Assembly (NCBI GenBank): GCA_048940045.1
Contig: JBHLOX010000001.1
Span: 33,598-97,597, forward strand
From: Promethearchaeota archaeon
GTDB lineage: Archaea > Asgardarchaeota > Thorarchaeia > Thorarchaeales > Thorarchaeaceae
Length of the DNA stretch: 64,000 bases
Direction: 5' to 3'
A model generated the notes under the pieces. It was not told the origin of the DNA. It did not search any database and saw nothing but the letters and a program-made list of their open reading frames with translations. Shown here in pieces: positions 1 through 8,945 of the stretch. A program made the position numbers and the translations under genes. Within the stretch, counting starts at the first letter, position 1; every line of letters begins with the position of its first letter.

Positions 1-351
1 ATAGGGAAAGGAGTCTACATGGGATTCCTAGTAGCTATTGATGGAGAGTATCCCGAGTATATTGAGATTCAAGACTGGGCAAGTATAGGACCTAGTGTGA
101 AGATCATGGCGCACTCGGGGGCAAGTCCATATCACCAGAGAAGACGAATCTTTCACGAGGGACCCAAGAATGTTGTAATTGGTAAGGGAGCTTGGCTAGC
201 AGCAGGCGCAACAATTCTTCCAGGAGTCACCGTGGGAGAAGGAGCTATAGTTGCTGCAGGAGCTGTTGTGAGTAAGGATGTGCCACCACTCACACTTGTT
301 GCAGGGAATCCAGCACGTGTGGTTCAGAAACTTGAACCAAAGAAAGACTAA
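1..351 (+). CDS. Hexapeptide-repeat (left-handed beta-helix) acetyl/acyltransferase, C-terminal part; the 5' end lies outside the window
   Basis: The frame is open from base 1. Imperfect hexapeptide repeats ([47 protein letters not shown]) are typical of maltose/galactoside O-acetyltransferase-like LbH enzymes. Confidence 0.8.
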   Translation: MGKGVYMGFLVAIDGEYPEYIEIQDWASIGPSVKIMAHSGASPYHQRRRIFHEGPKNVVIGKGAWLAAGATILPGVTVGEGAIVAAGAVVSKDVPPLTLVAGNPARVVQKLEPKKD

Positions 352-587
352 GCTGACAGTTTGGATGCAAGGACTTTCTTGATATCACCCACTGTCCACA
401 AGTCAACGACCTCTTCATCCTCGAAGAACATCTCAAACTCATTCTCAATCTCACTCACAATTACTAGATGAGCCATCGAGTCCCATGGTTCGAAGTCCTT
501 TCGTCTAAGATCATCTGTGATTTTGTCCTTGTCCAATAATAGAACCTTAGACAGGATTTCTAGGAGCTTGTCTTCAAAGTCAGTCAT
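348..587 (-). CDS. Acyl carrier protein-like (phosphopantetheine-binding) small protein
   Basis: 79-aa acidic protein with the carrier-protein motif [17 protein letters not shown] (the DS-M serine attachment site). It lies directly downstream of the FkbH-like gene. Confidence 0.75.
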   Translation of the reverse strand: MTDFEDKLLEILSKVLLLDKDKITDDLRRKDFEPWDSMAHLVIVSEIENEFEMFFEDEEVVDLWTVGDIKKVLASKLSA

Positions 588-591
588 TCAC

Positions 592-2424
592 TCATTCCTC
601 TTGTAGTTCTATCCAATCTGGGACTTCTACTGTGTCAGTGTCAAGATTGAGTATCCAAGTTGTACCATTATTATCGCTATCTGCAGGCATCCCAAATCCA
701 TGTTTCTCATAGAGGTCTGCTGCAGGAGGGTTCTTCTTTGTAGGAATATACTCTCCAATGATTCTCTTGGCTTTTACAGACCGGGCATCTGCTACTATTC
801 TAGCGAGGAGAGCGGTTTCTGCTGAACGACCTATTACTCTGCAGCTCATGAGGAAGGAGTCAATCCACCAGTCACCATTCTTTATCTTGACTATTGCCAC
901 ACCGACAACACCCTCATCACCAAACTTGTCTGTGACAGCCATGCTGTAGACTATGGAGTCCTTGCTCTCTCGAAACTGACGAACTTCAGCATCAGTATAC
1001 CTTCGTGTTGTGAGGTTGAACTGGTTAGTCTTCCCAATCAGTTGCACTACACGGGGTGTGTCAAAATCGTTCACTGGTTGTATCTTCACCTTTAATTCCA
1101 AGGTTCTAAGGAAGTCCTCTATCGACTCAGCACTCTGCTCTAGCTCAGCCCTCTTTCGCTTCCCGGTATACATCTCACCCCTCACAAGGTCTTCTTTAGT
1201 GAGTGAGAGAACATCAAAGACATTCAGATTCTCGAGGGTCTGTCGATAAAGACGAGGGTTCTTTGGTAGTTCCACAACTAACACCTCTGGATGAGCTTGA
1301 GAAACCTGTGCCCGCTCAACAGGATTGTCATCAAAGAATACTATACTATCAAGACCAATATTGATCTCCTTGGCAAGTTCAGCTATATTTGCGGCCTTGT
1401 TTTGCCAGTTGATTCTCATAGCTGCAAAGTGTTCTTCCTTCAATACTTGGTAGGGGTGTTCTTGAAACACCTTGATGGCATCATCATAGTTGTTCTTGCT
1501 GCAGATTGCGAGAATTACTCCTCTGTTGTAGAGGCTAAGTAGACTCCTTTGAAAGTCAACGTATTCTATACCGGGCGAAGTGTTGCTGAGTTTGATACCC
1601 TCGAGACCGTCTTCTCCAATGATTCCTCCCCAGAGTGTATTGTCAAGATCTAGGACAATACATTTCTTCGCACGTCCCTTCAGAGCACGAATGTATCGAA
1701 GATACTCATCAGCTAATACTGGAGTGAATTCTTCACTGAATGGTACTGACCCTCGGTACCATGTGTTCCAATTAATAATCCGAGATTTGCCATAATAGCT
1801 TGAGATTGATTCTAGGTCAACAATGAAGACCCGGTTACTCTTTGCGAACTTCTCAGCTAAAGCCTTGTTTGCCCCTTCAATGAACTGCTTCAACCCAGTT
1901 TTCTGCTTATTATCAACAATTCCTAACGGTGAAAAGACAGGTACAATGAAATTGTTTGCAAGGATGATTGCTGCAGTGTTCTTCTCCAGAACATCAATGA
2001 TTGTTGCAACGCTTTTTACAAGATCCTTCTGAAGATCAAGTTTCTCTTTGTCAGAGGCTCTTACGAAAGAAGAAAGAAATAGCTGATCCGATACGGACCA
2101 TGCATCCACAGACAGAACAATAACATCAGGTTCCGACTTGTAAAGAGGTGATTTCTGGTCGAGGGCTTCCTGACGGTAGGTGTTGAATCCACCGACAAAG
2201 GTACTAGTTTGAAACCCATCCAGTCGCGTTTTGACATCTAGACAGGCTGCGAGGGGTTCCAATGTTGAAGAGCCTATTACAACCAAGCTAAGAGAATTCT
2301 CCCCTTTGTCAAAAGAAAGGTTGAGATTCTCAATCTTCTTGTAGGCACTCCACAGGTTGAGATAAGTTGGATTCTCTCTGACTAGCTGCAGAATCGCTTC
2401 GATGTCCTGATTTGTATCCGTCAC
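592..2424 (-). CDS. FkbH-like protein: HAD-superfamily phosphatase subfamily IIIC domain plus C-terminal GNAT-like domain
   Basis: The HAD motif I context CIVLDLDNTLWGGIIGEDG is the hallmark of FkbH-like proteins. The C-terminal segment DKFGDEGVVGVAIV...MSCRVIGRSAETALL is GNAT-like. Confidence 0.85.
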   Translation of the reverse strand: MTDTNQDIEAILQLVRENPTYLNLWSAYKKIENLNLSFDKGENSLSLVVIGSSTLEPLAACLDVKTRLDGFQTSTFVGGFNTYRQEALDQKSPLYKSEPDVIVLSVDAWSVSDQLFLSSFVRASDKEKLDLQKDLVKSVATIIDVLEKNTAAIILANNFIVPVFSPLGIVDNKQKTGLKQFIEGANKALAEKFAKSNRVFIVDLESISSYYGKSRIINWNTWYRGSVPFSEEFTPVLADEYLRYIRALKGRAKKCIVLDLDNTLWGGIIGEDGLEGIKLSNTSPGIEYVDFQRSLLSLYNRGVILAICSKNNYDDAIKVFQEHPYQVLKEEHFAAMRINWQNKAANIAELAKEINIGLDSIVFFDDNPVERAQVSQAHPEVLVVELPKNPRLYRQTLENLNVFDVLSLTKEDLVRGEMYTGKRKRAELEQSAESIEDFLRTLELKVKIQPVNDFDTPRVVQLIGKTNQFNLTTRRYTDAEVRQFRESKDSIVYSMAVTDKFGDEGVVGVAIVKIKNGDWWIDSFLMSCRVIGRSAETALLARIVADARSVKAKRIIGEYIPTKKNPPAADLYEKHGFGMPADSDNNGTTWILNLDTDTVEVPDWIELQEE

Positions 2425-2867
2425 GAAACCTCACTCCCTGGGAGAATCTGTTTCACCGTTTCCTCCAGTAGTCCTTCAATCAGATTTTCATCTGGTGAAT
2501 GGGATTGGCAAACTGCTAATGCAACAGCCGCAGCATGAGATGATGAATGAGACAAACTAACGAAAATGTTGTGATTGCAGTCCTGATGTACTATAACATA
2601 AGGCACTCCATCCTCATCTCGAAGAATCTCGATGCTATCTAGAGGAATTCTGCAGCTATGGTATGTTGCCTTTACGACCGCCTCTTTCCCAGCAAATGTG
2701 GTGGCAAAGTGGGGAGCGGGATCCTGAAATCCACGACAATATTCTAGCTCGCTCACTGAGAAGATACGGTCATAAAATGGTGCTTCATGTTCAAGAATAC
2801 GAAACCTGTCTATCTCTACAATATCGGTGCCAATGGAAATATCGAGTCCATTGTCGTCTTTCAACAT
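2421..2867 (-). CDS. acpS: 4'-phosphopantetheinyl transferase, AcpS type (holo-ACP synthase)
   Basis: IGTDIVEIDRF and FAGKEAVVKA match the two AcpS signature blocks (E. coli GTDIVEIARI / FAVKEAAAKA). The size is 148 aa. There is a 4-nt overlap with the FkbH gene. Confidence 0.8.
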   Translation of the reverse strand: MLKDDNGLDISIGTDIVEIDRFRILEHEAPFYDRIFSVSELEYCRGFQDPAPHFATTFAGKEAVVKATYHSCRIPLDSIEILRDEDGVPYVIVHQDCNHNIFVSLSHSSSHAAAVALAVCQSHSPDENLIEGLLEETVKQILPGSEVS

Positions 2868-2915
2868 GAATCGGTTTCGAGAGAACCCGCGGCTCTTATA
2901 ATCATAATGACAGGG

Positions 2916-4346
2916 CTAGCCAAGCTTCTCAGAGTTAGTTTCAACGACTGCAGTGGACCATGGATATCGGTCTAAGATACGTTTCAAGAGTCGATTGACC
3001 TTGTACACTTCAGAGGTCCCAGAATAGGCTAGAAGAATGACGAGGCCACCCCTGGTGCGTTTGAACTTCTGATACATCGTTTTACTTGTGTTAATCGAGT
3101 CGCAAACAACCATCACCTCTGCTTGAGGGATGTCGAGGTCTCTCTCACCCACAGGAGACATAACGAGAACCCTTGCGTCTTCATCTTCACGGAATGCCTT
3201 GAGTACCTGGCCCTTGTCACGGGTTTCACCGGTTATTGTCAGGACTTTAAGACCCGCTTTCTCAAGGATTTCCTTGGTTTGAGCGACCATTTCAAGATAG
3301 GAAGTAAGCACCACCGTCTTCTCGTGCTTCAGTGCAATCTTCAGCACTCGAGTGACTTTGGAGGAGATTATTGGTAGAGTCTTTCTAAGATCACCCGTAT
3401 TGAAGTAGTGTTTCAGATAGTCACCATGAAACATACGTAGGAATCTCTTCGGAGGCATGGCATAGATGTATTTTCGCAACATGAGTAGTCCGGAGTATCG
3501 TCCTTTCAATTCCTCAGTAATTGGTAGTCGTTCTAACATGAGGTGAACCTTGCGTGCATCTCCATCTATGAGATGAAGGTTGTCATCCTCAGCTAGCTCG
3601 TTCATAATGTCAGTCCTGGTGTTTCTGACAAGCTCATCAATGACTTTGGAGATTGAACGTATTTTGGGATCGTAAACTGTACTTACTGTGAGTAATGTGG
3701 GCTCAATATAGTCTATCACATCAGTATCATAGAGGTCATCCATGGTGATCAGCTCAGCACCTGGGAAGAACTCCCTGAGGGTGTCGAGCTCTTTTCGAAT
3801 CTCCATTTGCTCATTGCTGAAGACTGCATGTTCATCCCGAAGGGTGCCACTCATCCCGATAAGCCATTTTCCCTCCATGTACATGAGGAGTGTTGGCCAC
3901 GGGAAGACAAGGGTCGTTCGAGTACCAGTTCGTCGAACCAAGGTATCGACTTCATTGATGAGAACTATCTCGACGGGCTCGAGCAGTGACGGGTCCTTCT
4001 TGTACATACCTGCAAGCACCTGTGGTGTTGCCACAATGACCCTTTTTTCGCGTAGTGTGTACGCACGTCTTCCAGATGGTACTCTGGAGGATAACTCCCC
4101 TAGGTCATCCTCGAGACCTCCATACTCACTCTTGAGATAGTCAACAGTCTCAGCCAGAGATGAGGAGGAGTGGACCACTATTATGACCTTAGAATTCGGG
4201 AACTTCTCCGCTACAAGTTGATGAGTAACAAATCGTTTTCCGAGACCACAGTCCAGCTCCAAGAGTAAGGGTGTGCCTTCCTTCTTTCCCACTTCCTCGA
4301 GAATGTAAGTCTGGTAACCTCTTGGAGTGTATTTGGTCTTCGACAT
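2916..4346 (-). CDS. Superfamily-2 helicase-like protein (Hef/FANCM-like layout) with atypical Walker motifs
   Basis: Motifs seen: PRGYQ near the N-terminus, CGLGKRF (Walker A-like), ATPQ, INEVD (in place of DEAH), MSGT, and C-terminal helicase lobe blocks (VLVMSPVGERDLDIP, QKFKRTRGG). Confidence 0.6.
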   Translation of the reverse strand: MSKTKYTPRGYQTYILEEVGKKEGTPLLLELDCGLGKRFVTHQLVAEKFPNSKVIIVVHSSSSLAETVDYLKSEYGGLEDDLGELSSRVPSGRRAYTLREKRVIVATPQVLAGMYKKDPSLLEPVEIVLINEVDTLVRRTGTRTTLVFPWPTLLMYMEGKWLIGMSGTLRDEHAVFSNEQMEIRKELDTLREFFPGAELITMDDLYDTDVIDYIEPTLLTVSTVYDPKIRSISKVIDELVRNTRTDIMNELAEDDNLHLIDGDARKVHLMLERLPITEELKGRYSGLLMLRKYIYAMPPKRFLRMFHGDYLKHYFNTGDLRKTLPIISSKVTRVLKIALKHEKTVVLTSYLEMVAQTKEILEKAGLKVLTITGETRDKGQVLKAFREDEDARVLVMSPVGERDLDIPQAEVMVVCDSINTSKTMYQKFKRTRGGLVILLAYSGTSEVYKVNRLLKRILDRYPWSTAVVETNSEKLG

Positions 4347-4401
4347 CGCAACCTCACGTCTGATTATGAGGTTATGAACCCATCTAATAGCAAATTGAGC
4401 T

Positions 4402-5487
4402 TTACTTCGCTTCCTTCAAGATAGCGTCAATTTTCTCTGAGAACTCTTCGTATGGCAGTCTCCAGCTCTCGGTTTCCTCGCTATACATGTCTATCAAGTG
4501 ACAGTAACCCTTGTGTGTTCCTTCCACAAGGAACTGGACAAACATCTCATCAGTATACTGCTTGAGATTTCGGAGGTGTTTCAGGTACTCATTGGTTTCT
4601 GTTGAGGGAAGGTAAACTTGAACAAAGAAATGGCTACTACTCTCCATTGTGATCTGATGGTAGAATGGAAGCATGTCAAACCAGAGCAGGATCTTTCGGG
4701 CATCCTTTGACTTGAAGAAAGTGATAACAGTCATGCCAGATTCTGCAAAGGGCTTCATTGACAGCTTGTAGCCTCTAATGATTCCAGACTCCTCAAGTTT
4801 CTTGACTCGATTATGGACTTGCGGTTGTGACAGGTCCAAGATCTTACCCAATTCCCGCAGAGTGATATCAGGCTCCTCCACCATATGTCGCAGTATAAGG
4901 GTGTCTTTGGAGTCAAAGCTTACTGTCTGAGGGAATTCCTCCATGTCTAGATCAATCTCTTTTCTCTTCGACATTATCTTCGGGAGTGACTCGGCCCATT
5001 TGTCCCAGTCCCAGTCCTTGATCTCTGATAGCTTTGACTCATATCGATGGTAGTCCACAACATCGAATAAGTAGTAGTCTTCAATCAGTCCCTTCTTCTT
5101 CAGATCTGCGGCAAGGTCTATTATCACACGAGGCCTGTTGAGAGGGTAGACTGTGTAAATGAAATAACCCTCGAATTTCCCATAGGACGGTGCGTAATAG
5201 TAGAAAGCGGGAATTTCATCCAGAACTTTCTTGAGTGCTAATTCTCTGGAAGGACTACTCGTCACAATGAGTATGTATTCAGCCAGTCCAAGTTTCCGCT
5301 CGTGTGTCTGGACCTTGGCTTTGCAGATTATTCCCTTTTCTTTCAGTTTTGAAATTCGATATCTGATAGTTCTACTTGGCTGATCTAATATATTGCTAAG
5401 CTCTCTAGTCGATACCTTCGTTCCATGTTCCTCAAGAGCGTGGAGAATTTCTAGGTCTAGCGGGTCTAGTGAAGGTTTTAGGGACAT
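4402..5487 (-). CDS. Transcriptional regulator with two Lrp/AsnC-type winged-HTH modules
   Basis: There are two HTH segments: LEILHALEEHGTKVSTRELSNILDQPSRTIRYRISKLKEKGII and LILRHMVEEPDITLRELGKILDLSQPQVHNRVKKLEESGIIRGY. Confidence 0.75.
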   Translation of the reverse strand: MSLKPSLDPLDLEILHALEEHGTKVSTRELSNILDQPSRTIRYRISKLKEKGIICKAKVQTHERKLGLAEYILIVTSSPSRELALKKVLDEIPAFYYYAPSYGKFEGYFIYTVYPLNRPRVIIDLAADLKKKGLIEDYYLFDVVDYHRYESKLSEIKDWDWDKWAESLPKIMSKRKEIDLDMEEFPQTVSFDSKDTLILRHMVEEPDITLRELGKILDLSQPQVHNRVKKLEESGIIRGYKLSMKPFAESGMTVITFFKSKDARKILLWFDMLPFYHQITMESSSHFFVQVYLPSTETNEYLKHLRNLKQYTDEMFVQFLVEGTHKGYCHLIDMYSEETESWRLPYEEFSEKIDAILKEAK

Positions 5488-5537
5488 TGTGTGTGATCAC
5501 CTTTCCGGCCCTATTACGCCGATGAATACACTTATAC

Positions 5538-5662
5538 TTTGGCAAGCGTATATAAAAATGATTCTACCAGTATATAAATCTCTTATGATATACTGGCAGA
5601 ATATAGCGTGGTTGCTTTGCCCAAATATTAGCCTAAGGTTTGGCAATATTTATATGCAAATG
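5538..5662. promoter_or_regulatory. Divergent promoter/operator region with repeated TTTGGCAA-N-TATAT-N-AAATG boxes and a 9-bp inverted repeat
   Basis: Two similar boxes lie at 5538-5560 and 5639-5662, and both contain TATA-like cores. The inverted repeat ccagtatat / atatactgg lies at 5567-5575 / 5588-5596. The region sits between the Lrp-type gene (-) and a small + strand ORF. Confidence 0.3.
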
Positions 5663-5692
5663 TATGCCAGATATTTAGTAGGTGCTTAAACA

Positions 5693-5806
5693 ATGGCATT
5701 CGCAAAAATCATGAAAAAATTCCGTGCTGAACCAGATTTGGAGAAGCTTCACAAGTTGAAGTCAGAGGTTCGGAGAGATATGTACAGAACCTCATTCCAT
5801 AGGTAA
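5693..5806 (+). CDS. Putative 37-aa basic small protein (below the ORF-track size cutoff)
   Basis: ATG at 5693 is preceded by aggtg (5679-5683) and a TATA-like tttatatg about 40 nt upstream. A hairpin plus T-rich tract follows at 5854-5890. Translation: MAFAKIMKKFRAEPDLEKLHKLKSEVRRDMYRTSFHR. Confidence 0.3.
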   Translation: MAFAKIMKKFRAEPDLEKLHKLKSEVRRDMYRTSFHR

Positions 5807-5853
5807 GCACTGATTATCCTTCTCGAGAGAAAGAACCACACCAGTGGTAATGG

Positions 5854-5890
5854 TCGTGGGTATATCACGACCTCTCTTCCTCTTTATTGT
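5854..5890 (+). terminator. Hairpin plus T-rich tract
   Basis: Stem ggtcgtg (5854-5860) / cacgacc (5868-5874) is followed by tctcttcctctttatt. Confidence 0.3.
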
Positions 5891-5989
5891 AAACCGAGGG
5901 ACGCATGACCCCTCACAACATCACGTACGTTCGTCATACCATATGTACATGCGAGCGGCAGATTCTACGATTTCCTCTCGGAACAGGAA

Positions 5990-6208
5990 GTGATCAAAAC
6001 GATTGTGACTCAACGTATATCCAGCTTTGGCAGAACGATTGTCGAGATTGTGACTCCTGATAGAATCAAGAAAAGAAAGCTTGAGGAGTACAAGGACGAC
6101 TCAATCGAACTCCGTCGATATCTCGCTTCTGAGATTGCTCACAGAGAGTTTGAACGGCACAAAGAGAGAGCATTGACGGAGAATCACAGGGCGGGTTTCT
6201 TGAGATGA
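5990..6208 (+). CDS. Hypothetical small basic helical protein
   Basis: 72-aa ORF with a GTG start. No recognisable motif. It fills otherwise empty space. Confidence 0.3.
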   Translation: MIKTIVTQRISSFGRTIVEIVTPDRIKKRKLEEYKDDSIELRRYLASEIAHREFERHKERALTENHRAGFLR

Positions 6209-6234
6209 TTCATCTCACCCGCCACTCACCTTTT

Positions 6235-6630
6235 TCAGACAATCCTCTTGAAGACCTTTGCTAAGGATGGTCCCTTAACATGCAGATTAAACTCGTAGAA
6301 CTGACCAAAAGGCACGACATGAACATCATAATCCCTGTCACGGAGTTTCGCAGCGACTTCCTCTATCAGAGAGTCGGCAAAATCTGGATCGGCTTTACTA
6401 TCATCTAGATGAGCGAAGGAGTGTAGAGTCACAGCATTGGCATCAATCTTCTTCGCCAACCAGCGAATATTCTTGACCATCTTTCGGAGGACTCCAGCTC
6501 GATTATCCTCATCGTTCTTTTCAGAGTGAATCCAGACATGAAGTGACTCGCCTATCTCTGTACGCTTCTCGGAATCCGACTCATTTGGTCGATACCAGAA
6601 ACTGTCAACATGGAACATCAAGAGTCGCAC
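6235..6630 (-). CDS. Free-standing archaeal threonyl-tRNA synthetase editing domain (tRNA-Thr_ED / DTD-like fold)
   Basis: It aligns block by block, from memory, with the N-terminal editing domain of Pyrococcus ThrRS: MRLLMFHVDSFWY vs MRVLLIHSDYIEY; SFAHLDDSKADPDFA vs PFAHLSSELAKPSVA; VPFGQFYEFNLHVKGPSLAKVFKRI vs [25 protein letters not shown]. Confidence 0.75.
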   Translation of the reverse strand: MRLLMFHVDSFWYRPNESDSEKRTEIGESLHVWIHSEKNDEDNRAGVLRKMVKNIRWLAKKIDANAVTLHSFAHLDDSKADPDFADSLIEEVAAKLRDRDYDVHVVPFGQFYEFNLHVKGPSLAKVFKRIV

Positions 6631-6652
6631 TCACATCACCAGATATAGTTGA

Positions 6653-7558
6653 TTAGAATCTTTCTCCGTTTGAAGGAATAGTGGTCCCTTCACGTTCCTC
6701 CCCTTCATCATTGTCAGCGGTTTCAATCTTCTCGAAGACCACAGTAGGGCCGCCAATTGGTTGATGCAATTGTTCAGCCTTGTGAAGAGGAATACGTGGA
6801 ATAGCCTTTCCATGGACCCATATAGTGTTTGACGGAATCACTTTATCCTTAGGAACAACAGAGTTCGCTCCAATGATTACATTATCACCAATGTCTGCTC
6901 CTGGGAGAATAACGGCGTTAGCACCAACAGTGACATTGTTGCCAAGTCGGACTGTTTGTAGGTAGAGACGCCTACCCTCATACACATGACCACTCAAGAT
7001 GGCATCATAACCAAAGAAGCAGTTATCCCCAATGATAGTCCGTTCAGGATTGAATAAACGGCCATTACCCACAATTGAGTTCTCACCGATCTTTGCTCCA
7101 AAAGCCTGATGACGAGGTTTCGTGTCAAAGAAGATACTGAAGAATCCAGCAAAGTATGGATACAGGATATAATAGACCTCGAAATATTCGTATAATAACC
7201 AAGCCTCTGATTCAGCCTCGTAATATCCATCATCTAGAAAGGGGATTCCCCTTCTTGCCAACCTAAAGAAAACCATGAGAAATGCGAGGAACACCCCATA
7301 GCAGATCAAACCTAGTGGGACAAACAGAATCAAGAGCCACCAATATTGCAAAGCAAAACCAGGAATCCATTCTGCAAAAGTATTGATGACCCAGTTATGA
7401 ATAAATGAGAAAGGCCAGATCGTGTCAAGAAATCTTGTGAATTCCTGTACGAAGATTGTGAACAGAAGGATTGCGGGGATCGCAGCCAGCGTAAGACTTA
7501 CCATTATTGAAAGAATTAGGTAAAACGAATACGCAATGGAACTGGCTTTCATCATCAA
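6653..7558 (-). CDS. Membrane-anchored hexapeptide-repeat (LbH) acyltransferase
   Basis: The N-terminal ~140 aa contain several hydrophobic helices. C-terminal hexapeptide repeats are present (IGENSIVGNGRLF...IGDNCFFGYDAILSGHV...LGNNVTVGANAVILPGADIGDNVIIGANSVV). Confidence 0.75.
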   Translation of the reverse strand: MMMKASSIAYSFYLILSIMVSLTLAAIPAILLFTIFVQEFTRFLDTIWPFSFIHNWVINTFAEWIPGFALQYWWLLILFVPLGLICYGVFLAFLMVFFRLARRGIPFLDDGYYEAESEAWLLYEYFEVYYILYPYFAGFFSIFFDTKPRHQAFGAKIGENSIVGNGRLFNPERTIIGDNCFFGYDAILSGHVYEGRRLYLQTVRLGNNVTVGANAVILPGADIGDNVIIGANSVVPKDKVIPSNTIWVHGKAIPRIPLHKAEQLHQPIGGPTVVFEKIETADNDEGEEREGTTIPSNGERF

Positions 7559-7685
7559 CCCTTCTGGAAGACTGTCCTCGGTTGTGTATTTGACTTTGTA
7601 TTATAGGTTATGACCTGGCAAAGACAATTCAGAAAGAGATATAGATGATACATAGTGGACTCGAGTAGCATTACGGAGCACCTCA

Positions 7686-8918
7686 ATGATGACGTATGAT
7701 GTGATTGTTGCTGGGACTGGTCCAGCAGGATTAATGACAGCTGAACATACTTCTCGATATGGTCTCAAGACCTTAGTCCTAGAAAAACGTCAATATGTTA
7801 CAGACTCTCTTATGGGTGAGCTTGTCACCGACAAAGCCCTGAACTTTCTTCGAGTCAAACCCAACTCAGAGTACATTGGGAATAAGTACACCTCGATTGT
7901 TGGGGAGAGTCTCGACACAGGAGCTAACATCGTCGTCGATAGATCTCTTCTTGGCAACTCTTATCTCTTTGATGAGGACAAGTGCCAGGAACTGATGCGA
8001 GACCGTGCACTCTCAGATGGTGCTGAGTTCAGGTACAAGGCACGAGTAGGGTCTGTTGTTAAAGATGACAATTCCGTTGTGGGTGTGAAGTACAACCAGA
8101 CAGAGGAAGAAAGAGCCAGTCTTACCATTGGCGCTGATGGGGCCTTCAGTAGGGTCTCTGAGACCGCAGGCTTTACACATCCAAAATGGCTACTCAGCTA
8201 TGGGTATAGATTCAAGCTTACAAACTGCAAGGGAATCGATCCCAATGTGGCGTACTTTTACGTTGGCAAAGACGTGGGTCTTGGCTACCTCTGGTTGTAC
8301 CCCAGGTCTGAAACTGAAACCAACCTTGGAATTGGTCGAGTTCCCTCGTCAAAGGCCAACTGGGATACGCTCCCACCAATGCAGGATGTTCTGAGGAAGT
8401 ACATGAAGACCCATACTGAAACTCAGAACGCAAAGATTGCAGCCGTAAATGGTGGTGCTGTGCCATGTGCCGGTATCATTCCCAGATTCACAGATGATGG
8501 AGTCGCGCTGTGTGGGAACTCCGCTGGACAGGTGAGCTCCATTGTCGGAGGTGGGGTCACCACTTGTTTTCATGCGGGTCAGGTCTTGGCTAAGCATGCC
8601 AAGCGAATGGTGGACTCTGAAGACTTCTCAAAGAAGAGTGTCAGCCTGTATGAGAAGGAGTATAGGAAGTCGAAACTGGCCTCAAACATCACAAACACAG
8701 GCAAAGGCATGTGGGCGGTTTCGAAGTACGCCATGCATAACGATCCAATAGCAGCAGCTGAGATTGTACTTAGCCAACTTGATGCAAAGACTCTGAATGA
8801 ACTGATCCAGGGGAACGCAAGCATCGCGACGATCATGACCCTTATGACAGACTTCCTACCGATGGTCGCCAAGATTGGAGTCGGGTATCTTCGGGCAATC
8901 GCTGTCAGCGGACTTTAA
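7686..8918 (+). CDS. FAD-dependent oxidoreductase of the geranylgeranyl reductase family
   Basis: Rossmann motif YDVIVAGTGPAGLMTAE...LVLEK, GADGAFSRV, GLGYLWLYP...NLGIG, and a C-terminal GxSAG block. This pattern matches archaeal digeranylgeranylglycerophospholipid reductase-like enzymes. Confidence 0.7.
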   Translation: MMTYDVIVAGTGPAGLMTAEHTSRYGLKTLVLEKRQYVTDSLMGELVTDKALNFLRVKPNSEYIGNKYTSIVGESLDTGANIVVDRSLLGNSYLFDEDKCQELMRDRALSDGAEFRYKARVGSVVKDDNSVVGVKYNQTEEERASLTIGADGAFSRVSETAGFTHPKWLLSYGYRFKLTNCKGIDPNVAYFYVGKDVGLGYLWLYPRSETETNLGIGRVPSSKANWDTLPPMQDVLRKYMKTHTETQNAKIAAVNGGAVPCAGIIPRFTDDGVALCGNSAGQVSSIVGGGVTTCFHAGQVLAKHAKRMVDSEDFSKKSVSLYEKEYRKSKLASNITNTGKGMWAVSKYAMHNDPIAAAEIVLSQLDAKTLNELIQGNASIATIMTLMTDFLPMVAKIGVGYLRAIAVSGL

Positions 8919-8945
8919 AAAAAACGTGAGAGAGTTCAAGGAGTA

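Noticed and set aside
6631-6813. 60-aa minus-strand ORF overlapping the 3' end of the LbH acyltransferase gene in another frame. The same applies to 6994-7233.
   Set aside because: Both are embedded in a longer, motif-supported CDS on the same strand, with no independent support.
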